DNA of 26,504 nucleotides from a virus (Duplodnaviria; Caudoviricetes). A program made the position numbers and the translations under genes. Below are positions 8,236 through 17,500 of the stretch, piece after piece. Location: the IMG/VR virus record IMGVR_UViG_3300039258_000198, positions 1 to 26,504 of that record. One strand, 5' to 3'. The notes beneath the pieces were generated by a model. The model ran no database searches, had not been told where the DNA came from, and saw only the letters and a list, made by a program, of their open reading frames with translations. The first letter of the stretch is position 1. Each line of letters begins with the position of its first letter.

Positions 8236-8529
8236 ATGGACATACGCGACCTAAAAAACGGTATGAAGAAGGTAGATGCCTCTGGGGTTGTGAAGGAACT
8301 CGGAGAGCCTAAGACTGTCAACCTGAGAGCAGGTGGGACAGCACAGGTGGCAGACGCGAAGATTCAGGATGCAACAGGAAGCATCACTCTGTCGCTTTGG
8401 AACGATGACATCAAGAGAGTCAAGAAAGACTCACTGGTGGCCGTCACCAACGGGTTCGTGAACGAATTTCAGAACGTCATCCGCCTCAACGTAGGGAAAT
8501 ACGGCAAACTCACTGTAGATGGCAGTTGA
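8236..8529 (+). CDS. ssb: single OB-fold single-stranded DNA-binding protein (TACK-type SSB)
   Basis: P.TVNLRAGG...VADA.I.D.TGSI.LSLW...NG.V.EF.....LNVGKYG; TTTATATA 8206-8213 favours ATG 8236. Confidence 0.88.
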   Translation: MDIRDLKNGMKKVDASGVVKELGEPKTVNLRAGGTAQVADAKIQDATGSITLSLWNDDIKRVKKDSLVAVTNGFVNEFQNVIRLNVGKYGKLTVDGS

Positions 8530-8696
8530 CCAAGTGCGTCTGTGGTTCTACTGATGTCACGAAGTTTGAGACCGAGACAGTGCTTCGTTACCAGTGTAAC
8601 AAGTGCAACGCCTTTTGGTATGAAGACAAGGCCATAATCCCTATAAGCGACAAGCCACCTACTCGGAAGGTGAGAAGCAATGGCCACCGCGACTGA
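8526..8696 (+). CDS. 56-aa zinc-ribbon protein (TFIIS/TFS C-ribbon-like)
   Basis: TTG overlaps the ssb stop: MTKCVCGSTDVTKFETETVLRYQCNKCNAFWYEDKAIIPISDKPPTRKVRSNGHRD. Confidence 0.65.
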   Translation: MTKCVCGSTDVTKFETETVLRYQCNKCNAFWYEDKAIIPISDKPPTRKVRSNGHRD

Positions 8697-8997
8697 GACC
8701 ATAGACTTACCCCTTGGAGACCTAGTTACCGCAAAGGAATGGGGCAACAAAGCCTTCGTTTACGCGCCTTCTGAGGACGAGTTCTACATAACCCAAGAGA
8801 AGCATAAGGCTCTTGAGTTCGCTTCACCCAAGAAGTTTGAGGCCAAAGCGACTACAGTGGACGGAAAGGTGAAGGTTGCTCTGCCAACCGAGTTTGCCAG
8901 AGCCTATATGTGGCAACGTGATGCTCAAATTGCCAAGATAATCTACGGAAACAAGTTGGCTATCGTGGTCTTTGCGGCTCCGAAGAAGCAACCTTAA
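8680..8997 (+). CDS. putative AbrB/SpoVT-like DNA-binding protein
   Basis: KVKVALPTEFARAYMWQRDAQI resembles the swapped-hairpin motif; GGTGA SD-like sequence upstream. Confidence 0.5.
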   Translation: MATATETIDLPLGDLVTAKEWGNKAFVYAPSEDEFYITQEKHKALEFASPKKFEAKATTVDGKVKVALPTEFARAYMWQRDAQIAKIIYGNKLAIVVFAAPKKQP

Positions 8998-9000
8998 ATA
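8994..9000 (+). promoter_or_regulatory. archaeal TATA box
   Basis: TTAAATA 27 nt before ATG 9027; contains the upstream TAA stop. Confidence 0.75.
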
Positions 9001-9026
9001 GTCGTGTTCGTATTATAAACACTGTA

Positions 9027-10556
9027 ATGGCTCCGATACCTTCAGACAGAAAAGGGCTTACCCTCAAGTATAGTTCTGGAATCGCACCCCTAGTTACAAC
9101 CAAACGATACGCCGAACTCATTGACAACTACAAGAAGAACGGGCCAAGTGCCTTTCCGCACATTCTAGACCTTGGCGGTATGGCTATTGACACTTCTCGC
9201 AACCGGAACAAGTGGCGTGTGCCTCTCGAAGACCTTCAAGCCATCGCTGACAAACTGAAGGGACTCCCTCTGATGAAAGACCACGACATAGACCACGTTG
9301 ATTCTATCATCGGAAAGGTCGAAGAGGCGTGGGTAGAACCGGATAAGGACGACCCGACAGCAGGAAAAGTCTTCTGGAAGGGCGAGTGTAGCGATGAAAG
9401 CCTCATTCAGAAGATACTTTTGGGCTATGTCAAGCACAACTCGATTCAGATTGCTGTGCCGAGAGCCTATTGCGATGACTGTATGTCCTCACAAGGCAAG
9501 AAAGAAGAGGAAGCGGCCATTGATGACCTAGACCTTCCCTGCCCAAGATGTGGCAGTTTGAATATGCTGATACGCGGCCCACTACCTTTGGAGCAGTCTC
9601 TTGTGGCAATCCCCGCCTATGAGCGTGCAGATGTGACCCCATTCGGGTTCAAAGCCAGCATGGACTTCGCTCTGAGGGCGCGTTACGAGCCTAAAGAAGC
9701 ACCAAAAGCAGTCCCGAAGGTGGCCAAAGTGGTGCGTTTAGACCTCACACCCCTGCTTTTTGAGGCCATGAATGCAGTCGGAATGGTCACTGCTGAAGTG
9801 GCTGAAATGGAACTTAGGATGGCAAAGATGGCCTTAGAGGGCTATCCAGAAGACCGAGTTGAGATTTATTACAGTCAAAAGGCCAAAGACCCGGCCTCAG
9901 ACAAGCCTATAGAGGACATGGGGATGACTCCCGAACAGAAAGCCCTTCTGCATTCTGTGGGGCAACCACAGGAGTTGGGTTCCGCGTGTCCAGACTGTGG
10001 ACAGGAGTTCGGAGAAGAGAGGCTTGCTCTTCTAGACCACATGGAGAAGGAGCATGGATACACGATTGGCGAGACTCTAGAGACCCCAGACCCCTTCGAC
10101 CAGTTCGATGTCTCCAAATGGGACGAAGGAAAAGGTGGCTCATTAGAGGACTTCCCCTTGGTCGAGAAAGGTGGAGAGAAGGATAAAAAGGAAGAGGGCA
10201 AATGCGTATGCGGTCATGTGAGAGGGTATCATCAAGAAGATGGCTGTCATGCACCTACGTCCTATTTTCCGGGCGCGGCTTGCTCATGCACAGTCTATGA
10301 AGAGGCAGGAAAAAAGGAAGAGGCATCTGAATATGTGGGTATGCCCTGTCCCGAATGTAAGATAGGTGAAATGGTTGATGATGGAAAGGGCGGGGCAAAT
10401 TGCCCCAATTGTGGCTGGCCCTCAGATAAGAAAGAAGAAGACAAGTGTATCTGGTGCAATCCAATAGGCTTGAATTTAAGAAGTATTGAGGCAACTCATG
10501 AAGATTGCACCTGTAAAGAGCCTTGTGACGAATCCTTCTGTATGGCGAAGGCTTAA
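9027..10556 (+). CDS. prohead (capsid maturation) protease with zinc-ribbon insert and C-terminal zinc-finger array
   Basis: G.AIDT..NRN.W; LKGLPLMKDHD.....IIGKV; VKHNSI; EQSLVAIPAY..A; lies upstream of scaffold and capsid genes. Confidence 0.8.
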   Translation: MAPIPSDRKGLTLKYSSGIAPLVTTKRYAELIDNYKKNGPSAFPHILDLGGMAIDTSRNRNKWRVPLEDLQAIADKLKGLPLMKDHDIDHVDSIIGKVEEAWVEPDKDDPTAGKVFWKGECSDESLIQKILLGYVKHNSIQIAVPRAYCDDCMSSQGKKEEEAAIDDLDLPCPRCGSLNMLIRGPLPLEQSLVAIPAYERADVTPFGFKASMDFALRARYEPKEAPKAVPKVAKVVRLDLTPLLFEAMNAVGMVTAEVAEMELRMAKMALEGYPEDRVEIYYSQKAKDPASDKPIEDMGMTPEQKALLHSVGQPQELGSACPDCGQEFGEERLALLDHMEKEHGYTIGETLETPDPFDQFDVSKWDEGKGGSLEDFPLVEKGGEKDKKEEGKCVCGHVRGYHQEDGCHAPTSYFPGAACSCTVYEEAGKKEEASEYVGMPCPECKIGEMVDDGKGGANCPNCGWPSDKKEEDKCIWCNPIGLNLRSIEATHEDCTCKEPCDESFCMAKA

Positions 10557-10559
10557 ATA
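10553..10559 (+). promoter_or_regulatory. archaeal TATA box
   Basis: TTAAATA 25 nt before ATG 10584; contains the protease stop codon. Confidence 0.75.
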
Positions 10560-10583
10560 CTTCTTTATCGTATAGAGTAAAGA

Positions 10584-10916
10584 ATGCCCACTAACAGAAA
10601 GGACTATATGCGAGACTACATGAGAGACTACAAGCAGAGAATCAAACTGAAGGTTCTCATTCACTATTCTGGCACAGACCCGCCTCAATGCGCCAATCCT
10701 TTTGGGGAGCATAAGGAACCCTATACGAACATCCTTGCACTTTCTGTTGACCATATTGATGGTGGTGGGACGCAACACAGAGAGAATCAGGGACATGGCA
10801 ACGTATTCTATCTCTGGTTGATAAAGAACAACTACCCAGAAGGATACCAATGTCTTTGTATGAACTGCCAGTTTATCAAACGAAAACGGAACAAAGAGGT
10901 TCCCCGACACCTTTAA
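10584..10916 (+). CDS. free-standing HNH-type endonuclease within the head module
   Basis: LSVDHIDGGG...YPEGYQCLCMNCQ; paralog of 4531..5001. Confidence 0.8.
   Translation: MPTNRKDYMRDYMRDYKQRIKLKVLIHYSGTDPPQCANPFGEHKEPYTNILALSVDHIDGGGTQHRENQGHGNVFYLWLIKNNYPEGYQCLCMNCQFIKRKRNKEVPRHL
10602..10637 (+). repeat. three imperfect 12-nt tandem repeats (DYMR/DYMR/DYKQ)
   Basis: GACTATATGCGA GACTACATGAGA GACTACAAGCAG. Confidence 0.8.
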
Positions 10917-10919
10917 ATA
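10912..10919 (+). promoter_or_regulatory. TATA box of the scaffold-cement-capsid operon
   Basis: TTTAAATA; no further consensus TATA seen before 11559 or 12043. Confidence 0.7.
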
Positions 10920-11023
10920 AGGGGTATACCATATATACTCCACTTATGACACCTTCTACTCTATATGGGTGTGTAGTTGGCCGATTGGTAAATGTAACGT
11001 CACCCCAGAAATCAAGAAACTAA

Positions 11024-11548
11024 ATGGCTACTGTCGCACCTTCTGGTGAAATAAGCGAAGGCAAAACTTTGTCTTATGACCAAGTTGTGAAGCAATTCGG
11101 TGCTCTCGAATCCAAACTTGATGGTCTGATGTCCATAATCAAAGAGGTCAATGTGAAACTGGAACAGCAAGACTCGCTTCGCAAGAGGCAAGCCCTACTG
11201 AGCCAGAGGATTGCTCTGAGACGGGCATCTAACCGCAAGGTTGAAGAGGACGAAGAGGCGAAGCGCAAGAAAGAGGAAGAGGAAGCCACAAAGCGGAAGA
11301 AACTGGAAGAACTGAAGTCTAGGCTTCAGGAAGTCCGGTCTAAGGTTGAGGAAGAGGCCAAGAAACGGAAAGAGGCCACTGCTTCTGCACCTGCCAACAC
11401 TGCCAATGGAAAGGGCAATGTCGGTGAGGTAAAAGAAGAGAACAGTGCTCTTGCCGCTATGGGTATCTCTACCGAAATCCCACCTGAGTTCAAGGAACTC
11501 ATGAGTGCTTCCGATAAGTTCAAGAGTCTGGGACTACTCTCAGGGTAG
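11024..11548 (+). CDS. capsid scaffolding protein
   Basis: E/K/R-rich coiled coil located between protease and capsid genes. Confidence 0.7.
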   Translation: MATVAPSGEISEGKTLSYDQVVKQFGALESKLDGLMSIIKEVNVKLEQQDSLRKRQALLSQRIALRRASNRKVEEDEEAKRKKEEEEATKRKKLEELKSRLQEVRSKVEEEAKKRKEATASAPANTANGKGNVGEVKEENSALAAMGISTEIPPEFKELMSASDKFKSLGLLSG

Positions 11549-11558
11549 GTAATAGACA

Positions 11559-12023
11559 ATGGCTTTCGGGCCACCTTATCTACACGGAAGTTCAATCCCC
11601 GGACTGCTTGAAGGCGCACCCTTCCACAACGACTCGTTCCTTCTCACCTTCAATAGTGAGGCGAATGCAAGCGGCACGAATGTATATGTAGGAGCAATAG
11701 TTACTCTGGCAACCGACAATGACTTTACCTGTGTCGTTCCCGTAGCAGGGGAAGGCGCAGAACTCAAGTTCATTCTTGGAGTCGCTCAGACATCTGGGCA
11801 ACTTCAGAGTGCAATTGATGTCATTTGTCGTGGTGAAGTGACTGTGATATGCGATACCACAGTTACGCCGGGGCAATTCCTTGACACATCAGACACCACT
11901 GGACACGATGGGATGGTTGCGGTTGCGGATACGGCAACTGGCCAACTAAACGCAAGGCTCATCGCCCTTCAGGGATGCACTGTGACAAGCACTCCTCAAT
12001 CCATTGTTGCCCTTCTGTTCTAG
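11559..12023 (+). CDS. capsid cement/decoration protein (DUF2190-like)
   Basis: ILGVAQ.......IDVICRGEVTV......TPGQFL.....DG.V pattern; immediately upstream of the capsid gene. Confidence 0.65.
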   Translation: MAFGPPYLHGSSIPGLLEGAPFHNDSFLLTFNSEANASGTNVYVGAIVTLATDNDFTCVVPVAGEGAELKFILGVAQTSGQLQSAIDVICRGEVTVICDTTVTPGQFLDTSDTTGHDGMVAVADTATGQLNARLIALQGCTVTSTPQSIVALLF

Positions 12024-12042
12024 ACACTACAAGTGAGTTAGA

Positions 12043-12978
12043 ATGGCAATGACAAGAGAGCAGTTCCCGATAGTTAACACTGGTGCTCTGTTCTATCCAG
12101 CACTGGCGAAGAGGATAGTAGAACTTACGATGCCCAATCTGGCATTGAAGCCTCTACTTCAGGACTTCTTCATCAAGGTTGGTTCAACAGCCACCATTCC
12201 GAAACAAAAGGGTGCTCGCGCCAACGCAGTTATAGGAAAGACTGCGGAAGGGGCCGAGATAATGGCCGACTTCACACCTTACGACTCGATTACCGTTACA
12301 CCTTACAAGGTGGGTATGAGAGTCCGAGTTACCAGAGAGTTGATTGAAGACCAGATAGTGAACATAGTAGAAGACCAGTTGAAACGAGCCGCGAGACGGG
12401 TGGTCATGACAATTGACCAAGACGTTGAGAAGGCTCTTAACGCAGGTGCTCAAACCACCTACGGTGTCACTGGAACTTCAGTGTTCATGGATGGAACGCC
12501 CGGAACATTCGCTAACACGATAGGAGTTAACGACATTACTAACGGTATCCAAGTTGTCCAGAACTTCATGCTGGAACCTGATACAATCGCCATGAATCCG
12601 ATGGCGAATCAGGACTTGGCTAGGATTCCGCAGTTTGCCGCGCTACTCTTCTTCGGACAGCCTGTATACGCACAGGGACAGGGAACAGTCGTTTCCGCCC
12701 CCGCGCTGTATGGACTGAAGCGCATAGTTACCCCGAACATCCCTCTGACTGATGGAACTGCCAACAGTGGTAGGGCTTACATCCTTGCCGCATCAGGTAG
12801 CAACTACTCAGCCGCATATGCCCCGTTGGGCTACTTTGCGACTAAGAGACCCATCAGTGTAGATGTTTGGCCGCAACCGACTTTCGACTCGATAGACACA
12901 GTGATTACTGCAAGATACGCGCCAGTCATCACATACCCAGAAAGTATTGTGAAGATGACGGACTTGCGGTCTGCATAG
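12043..12978 (+). CDS. major capsid protein, HK97 fold
   Basis: 311 aa; IPK...A....AEG.EI; ITVTPYKVG.RV.VTRELIED; PDTIAMNP; LYGLKRIVTPNIP; follows protease, scaffold and cement genes. Confidence 0.9.
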   Translation: MAMTREQFPIVNTGALFYPALAKRIVELTMPNLALKPLLQDFFIKVGSTATIPKQKGARANAVIGKTAEGAEIMADFTPYDSITVTPYKVGMRVRVTRELIEDQIVNIVEDQLKRAARRVVMTIDQDVEKALNAGAQTTYGVTGTSVFMDGTPGTFANTIGVNDITNGIQVVQNFMLEPDTIAMNPMANQDLARIPQFAALLFFGQPVYAQGQGTVVSAPALYGLKRIVTPNIPLTDGTANSGRAYILAASGSNYSAAYAPLGYFATKRPISVDVWPQPTFDSIDTVITARYAPVITYPESIVKMTDLRSA

Positions 12979-13036
12979 TGTCGTCACTAGAAGCCAACCA
13001 TACAACACACTCCCCTTCGGAGAGTTAACTGAAAGC

Positions 13037-13080
13037 AGGGCGTAGCCGCCTTTAGTGGGCTACCCCTTCCCTACGTTTTT
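13037..13080 (+). terminator. hairpin plus T-tract after the capsid gene
   Basis: AGGG(C)GTAGCC 13037-13047 pairs with GGCTACCCCT 13058-13067; TTTTT at 13076-13080. Confidence 0.6.
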
Positions 13081-13099
13081 AAACCCTCTAGCCCAAGGC

Positions 13100-13106
13100 T
13101 TAAATA
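13100..13106 (+). promoter_or_regulatory. archaeal TATA box
   Basis: TTAAATA 26 nt before ATG 13132. Confidence 0.75.
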
Positions 13107-13131
13107 CTACCACAACCATCTATACATTAGA

Positions 13132-13794
13132 ATGGCTACCTCAGTTCCGCCAGTCGTAAAGAGACCCACTCTTGTTCCGACACCCCAATCTTTGGGGTTC
13201 TCGAATCCTAGACGGTCTACGTTCACAATCACCCGTCTCAACGACCCAGACAAAGCGATTTACAACTGGAAGAAAGAAGGGCATTCTGCCACCGAAGCCG
13301 CATCGAAGTTCAGGCACAGACTAATCAAGGTAAGCACAACGAAGACTAACAGTCTGCTCAACGACTACAAGCCGCTTGGATGGGCTTTCATCACTGGTAT
13401 TGGCACGCCAACCACTCCTTTCAGTTTCGCTAACGCAAGACTTGGAGTCTCAGATGACCCGTCTTCGCCTTTCGACACAAGCGTAACTGTTCTGAATCCT
13501 GCTGGCGGAGCCACAGTAAAGTATATGCAATTGATAGACGCGACCTACCCACAGATTACGACTAATGCTACTACAGGAGATACAGCCACATGGGAAGCAT
13601 CCTTCCCGGCTGGCATTGCTGAGTTCGACTGGACGGCTTTCGGAGTTGACAATGATGCGGCTGATTTGGCTGGCTCTAGCACTGCCAGTTATGATGGCAT
13701 CAACATCCTTCTCATGAATAGGCTCGTCACAGATGAAGGGACGAAGGGTGCTGGCCAACTCTGGATACTCACGCAGAACATCACTCAATACTAA
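13132..13794 (+). CDS. virion fibre/collar-type beta-sandwich protein
   Basis: ATWEASF..G.AEFDW..FGV.N...LLMNRLV...GTK..GQ.W.LT..IT is a pattern I recognise from phage structural proteins. Confidence 0.65.
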   Translation: MATSVPPVVKRPTLVPTPQSLGFSNPRRSTFTITRLNDPDKAIYNWKKEGHSATEAASKFRHRLIKVSTTKTNSLLNDYKPLGWAFITGIGTPTTPFSFANARLGVSDDPSSPFDTSVTVLNPAGGATVKYMQLIDATYPQITTNATTGDTATWEASFPAGIAEFDWTAFGVDNDAADLAGSSTASYDGINILLMNRLVTDEGTKGAGQLWILTQNITQY

Positions 13795-13821
13795 GCGCAC
13801 CACCTATAGGTTGAGCAAGGC

Positions 13822-13828
13822 TTAAATA
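13822..13828 (+). promoter_or_regulatory. archaeal TATA box
   Basis: TTAAATA 28 nt before ATG 13856. Confidence 0.7.
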
Positions 13829-13855
13829 CTCCCGCTTCCTTCTAATACCTTAGAT

Positions 13856-14536
13856 ATGTCAGGAACAGGTGGTATGCACATCGGTTTGGACATCAAGGTT
13901 TTCGAGCCTTGCCCTATCCATCAGACCCCAGATAAGACTCAGAAAAAGACGATGGTTGTGAAGCAAGCCCGTTTTCCTTTCTTCCACATCGAGAAACGAA
14001 GGATAGTCCCTCAGTGCGATTGCCCCAAAGTGATGTCGGCTCACAATTTCATTGAGCACGACTTGAGCACCAAGAACTTCTGTGGTATACTCATGTCGTC
14101 CATGTTCAACACAGCAATCGTCACGGCTCAGATTTACGATACATCGAACACGACTCACACTATGGCGGCTGGAAAAGTTGGTAGTGCTATCCAAATAGTG
14201 GCTGGAAGCGGTGTGACTGCACCAAACGCAGGAACAGACCGCGTAGTTGAAACCCAACTTGCTGGCTCAGATGGCGCGATAACTCCAACCTACGTTGGAA
14301 CCGCATCGGCCAACGGAACTATCAATACGTCTACCTCAAGCACGACCACGTTCCTGATTGTAGGAACCATGACGAACAGCACTGGTGGGAACGAGACTTG
14401 GGGCAACATCGGCATCTACGGGACTTTCGACAGCAACATTTACCTGCTTGCCCACGACCAGACCAACGGTGCGTCTGGATATGTGGTCTCACCAAGCGGA
14501 ACTGTGGCTGTAACCTACACCATCACCTGCACTTAG
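13856..14536 (+). CDS. virion fibre/collar-type beta-sandwich protein, probable distant paralog of 13132..13794
   Basis: I..GSG.TAP...D..V; TW.NIGIY......LLAHD.......V..SGTVAVTYTIT C-terminal strand pattern. Confidence 0.6.
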   Translation: MSGTGGMHIGLDIKVFEPCPIHQTPDKTQKKTMVVKQARFPFFHIEKRRIVPQCDCPKVMSAHNFIEHDLSTKNFCGILMSSMFNTAIVTAQIYDTSNTTHTMAAGKVGSAIQIVAGSGVTAPNAGTDRVVETQLAGSDGAITPTYVGTASANGTINTSTSSTTTFLIVGTMTNSTGGNETWGNIGIYGTFDSNIYLLAHDQTNGASGYVVSPSGTVAVTYTITCT

Positions 14537-14588
14537 ACGCTCTAAGCGGGTCAACCTTATATAACTCAGAGGGACTATACTCCTCAGT

Positions 14589-17500
14589 ATGGTCGCTCCT
14601 AAGAACCACACTGGCGGAGTGCTGTCTACGGCTGGAAAGACCCTCAATCTACCCGCAATCAGCACTGCTACAGGTGATGGTATCGTTGTCTCCGTTCAAT
14701 ATCCTGTTTCGACTTATGCACCGGGCAGTCCACCTATATCAGATACTATAGGTAACACTTACCATTATGTTGAAAGCGCGGCAGACAGCGCAGGTGCGAC
14801 AGAAGTAGACCTCTATTGGACTATTTCTATCGGAACGAATGCGTCCAATGTGATTGCTATCAAATCTTCACTCAACACTAGGATGTGCGGTGAAGCGACA
14901 TGGTGGACTGGTGTGGCTTCGGTTGGAACGAATTGTAGCGCGAATGATAGCGGCTCGGCTACCAATACAGCAACAACTTCTCTTACCACTCAAGATAGCA
15001 ACAACTATCTAGTCGGCACAACTGTTGTAGATGCCAGCAGTCTAACTCTTTCTGCCAACACTGGAACACAGACCGATACCAAAGGCACGACTGGTGTTTC
15101 GGGTGACATGATATATAATACTGTCTCATCTCCCGGCTCTCTTACAATATCCTCAAAATGGACAGGAAGCCACTATTGGGGAATGTGCGGTATAGAACTG
15201 AGAAGCCAGAACTCTATCGCTGGCACAATAGGGGGCGCGGCATCCAAGACATCTTTCACTATGACCCATCAGACTGCAAAAGGGGCTGTTGGAAATACGA
15301 TTGCTGATACAGTTAAAATGACACATCAGACCACAACAGGTTCAATGGGTGGTGCGGCTAGTAACGCAGTTAAAACCAATCAAAAGGTAAGTGGTTCTAT
15401 TGGAACCAGTCTCCTTGGAGTGGCCACCCCTTCTGCTATCGTTACATATGTATACGGAGTCATTGGAAGTGCTTTGTCTAGTCTAGCAAACATTTCTAAA
15501 CAGGTTGTATCGGGTGCTTTGGGTGAAAGCGCGTCTGGTGCAATCGCAATGACTCATCAAGTTGTCTCTGGCTCCATGAATGAAGCGGCTAGTGGGGCAA
15601 CCAAAGTGACTCACCAAAAAACCATTGGTGCATTAGGAGACCAGATAAGTGGAGCACTGGCCATAACCCATCAAACGGCTGTGGGGTCTGTAGGAGAGTC
15701 TGGAAGTGGGGCAATCGTCACTCATGACAGTTTACTTGGAAACATTGGGAACGCGCTCTCTGGGGTATCGAACATACTCCATCAAGTGATAAATGCGGGA
15801 GTGGGCAGTAGCGGCTCTGGCCAAGTGACGACAGGAGATGTGGTCTCGGCTTCAATAGGCACTGCTGGCTCTGGTGGATTCAAGATAACCCATCAAACTG
15901 CGTCTGGATTGGCAGGAGATGAGGCAAGCGGAGCGATGGCCATAACCCATCAAACAACCAGTGGCACGATGGGAGACAATGCTTTTGGTGCATTGACCGT
16001 TACCCATCAGAAAACCTCTGGCTCTTTGGGCAATTCTTTAGCAGGGACGTTTGCGATACTGTCCCAACTTGTATCTGGTATGCTAGGAACCGAAGCAACT
16101 GAAACGCTAGTCACTAACGATGTAGTAAGTGGTTCGATGGGTGATGCGGCCTCTGGTGAGTTGCTTGTCACTCATCAAGAAGTAAGTGGGTCGGTAGGAA
16201 CCGATGCAAGTGGGACGTTTGCTGTCACTTTGCAGAACATAATAGGTTCGATAGGAAGTGCCATCTCTGGAATAGCCGTTCCTTCTGGTTTCATACGGGT
16301 ATTCGGATACATTGGAAGTGCTCTGTCTGGTCTGGTAACAACAAATGATGTGATAGAAGGAAGCATTGGAGAAGAGGCCAGTGGTGCGATTGAGATAACC
16401 TCTCAGACTGCATCTGGCTCAATAGGTGAAGCCTCATCTGGTGCTTTGTCTATCACTCATCAAGTTGTCTCTGGCTCACTTGGAGACGACCTCTCTGGTA
16501 TAGCGAATGTGATATACCAAGTCATGAGTGGCCTCTTAGGAATCTCTGCTACAGAGAAAGTGACCATTGGTGATGTTGTGAGTGGCTCTCTGGGCAATGA
16601 GGCTTCAGGAGTTACCGATGTAACGCACCAAGAAGTTAGCGGAAGCACTGGACTTGGTGGCTTTGGACAGGGTGTGACTCACGATATAATCAGGGTCGCT
16701 ATGGGCGCAGAAGGGGCTGGCGCGGTTATAACCGGAGATGTGGTCTCTGGGGAGTTAGGCGCAGAAGCGACAGAAGCCTCAGTCATCAGCCAAGTGGTAA
16801 GCGGCACTATGGGTGAGGATGTCATTGGCACATTGGTCGTCACTCACCAAGAGACCTCTGGAAGCATCGGAAGCCAAGTATGGAGCATTGTGAATAAGGG
16901 ACTCCAAGGAGTAATGGGAACCGCAATGTCTTTAGGCATCATTATATCCCAAGTCGTGCATGGAGATATTGGGAATGAGATTTCTGGAACTGTCGCAACT
17001 AACGAAGTGGTTTCAGGAACTATGGGTGCGGCAGAGACAGGTGCAATAACCATCACTCACCAAGAGACAAGTGGTTCTCTTGGAACCAATCTGTTGGGTG
17101 CAATCGAGATATTGAGCCAGTTTGTAAGCGGGGCAATCGGCGACTCGATTTCTGGTAAAAGCACTACGAACCAACAGACTTCTGGACAGATTGGGTCGGA
17201 AGAGTCTGGTGAAATTACTATCACCCACCAAGCGGCTTCAGGAGTTTTGGGAACGGCTGAGTCTGGTCAGACCGCGATAACCCATCAAGAGACAAGCGGT
17301 TCTATTGGGGTCGCATTGAACGCACTCCAAATGATAAGCCAAAGTGTGAGAGGAGCGATTGGAGACTCTATCATCGGCCAAGTTATAACACGGCAAAAGG
17401 TCAAGGGAGCGATAGGTGTGGCTGAAACAAGCCAAACTCTTGTGACTCACCAAGTTGTGGCTGGCTCTATTGGGACAGAAGCAACTGTGGTTGAGGTATT

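Noticed and set aside
1-12978. Encapsulin interpretation of the HK97-fold genes
   Set aside because: Protease, scaffold, cement and fibre genes around 12043 indicate a virion head, and the copy at 1-888 is clearly derived from that capsid gene.
13802-13811. 10-bp palindrome ACCTATAGGT
   Set aside because: A single 10-bp palindrome is expected by chance in 26 kb and no second copy was noticed.
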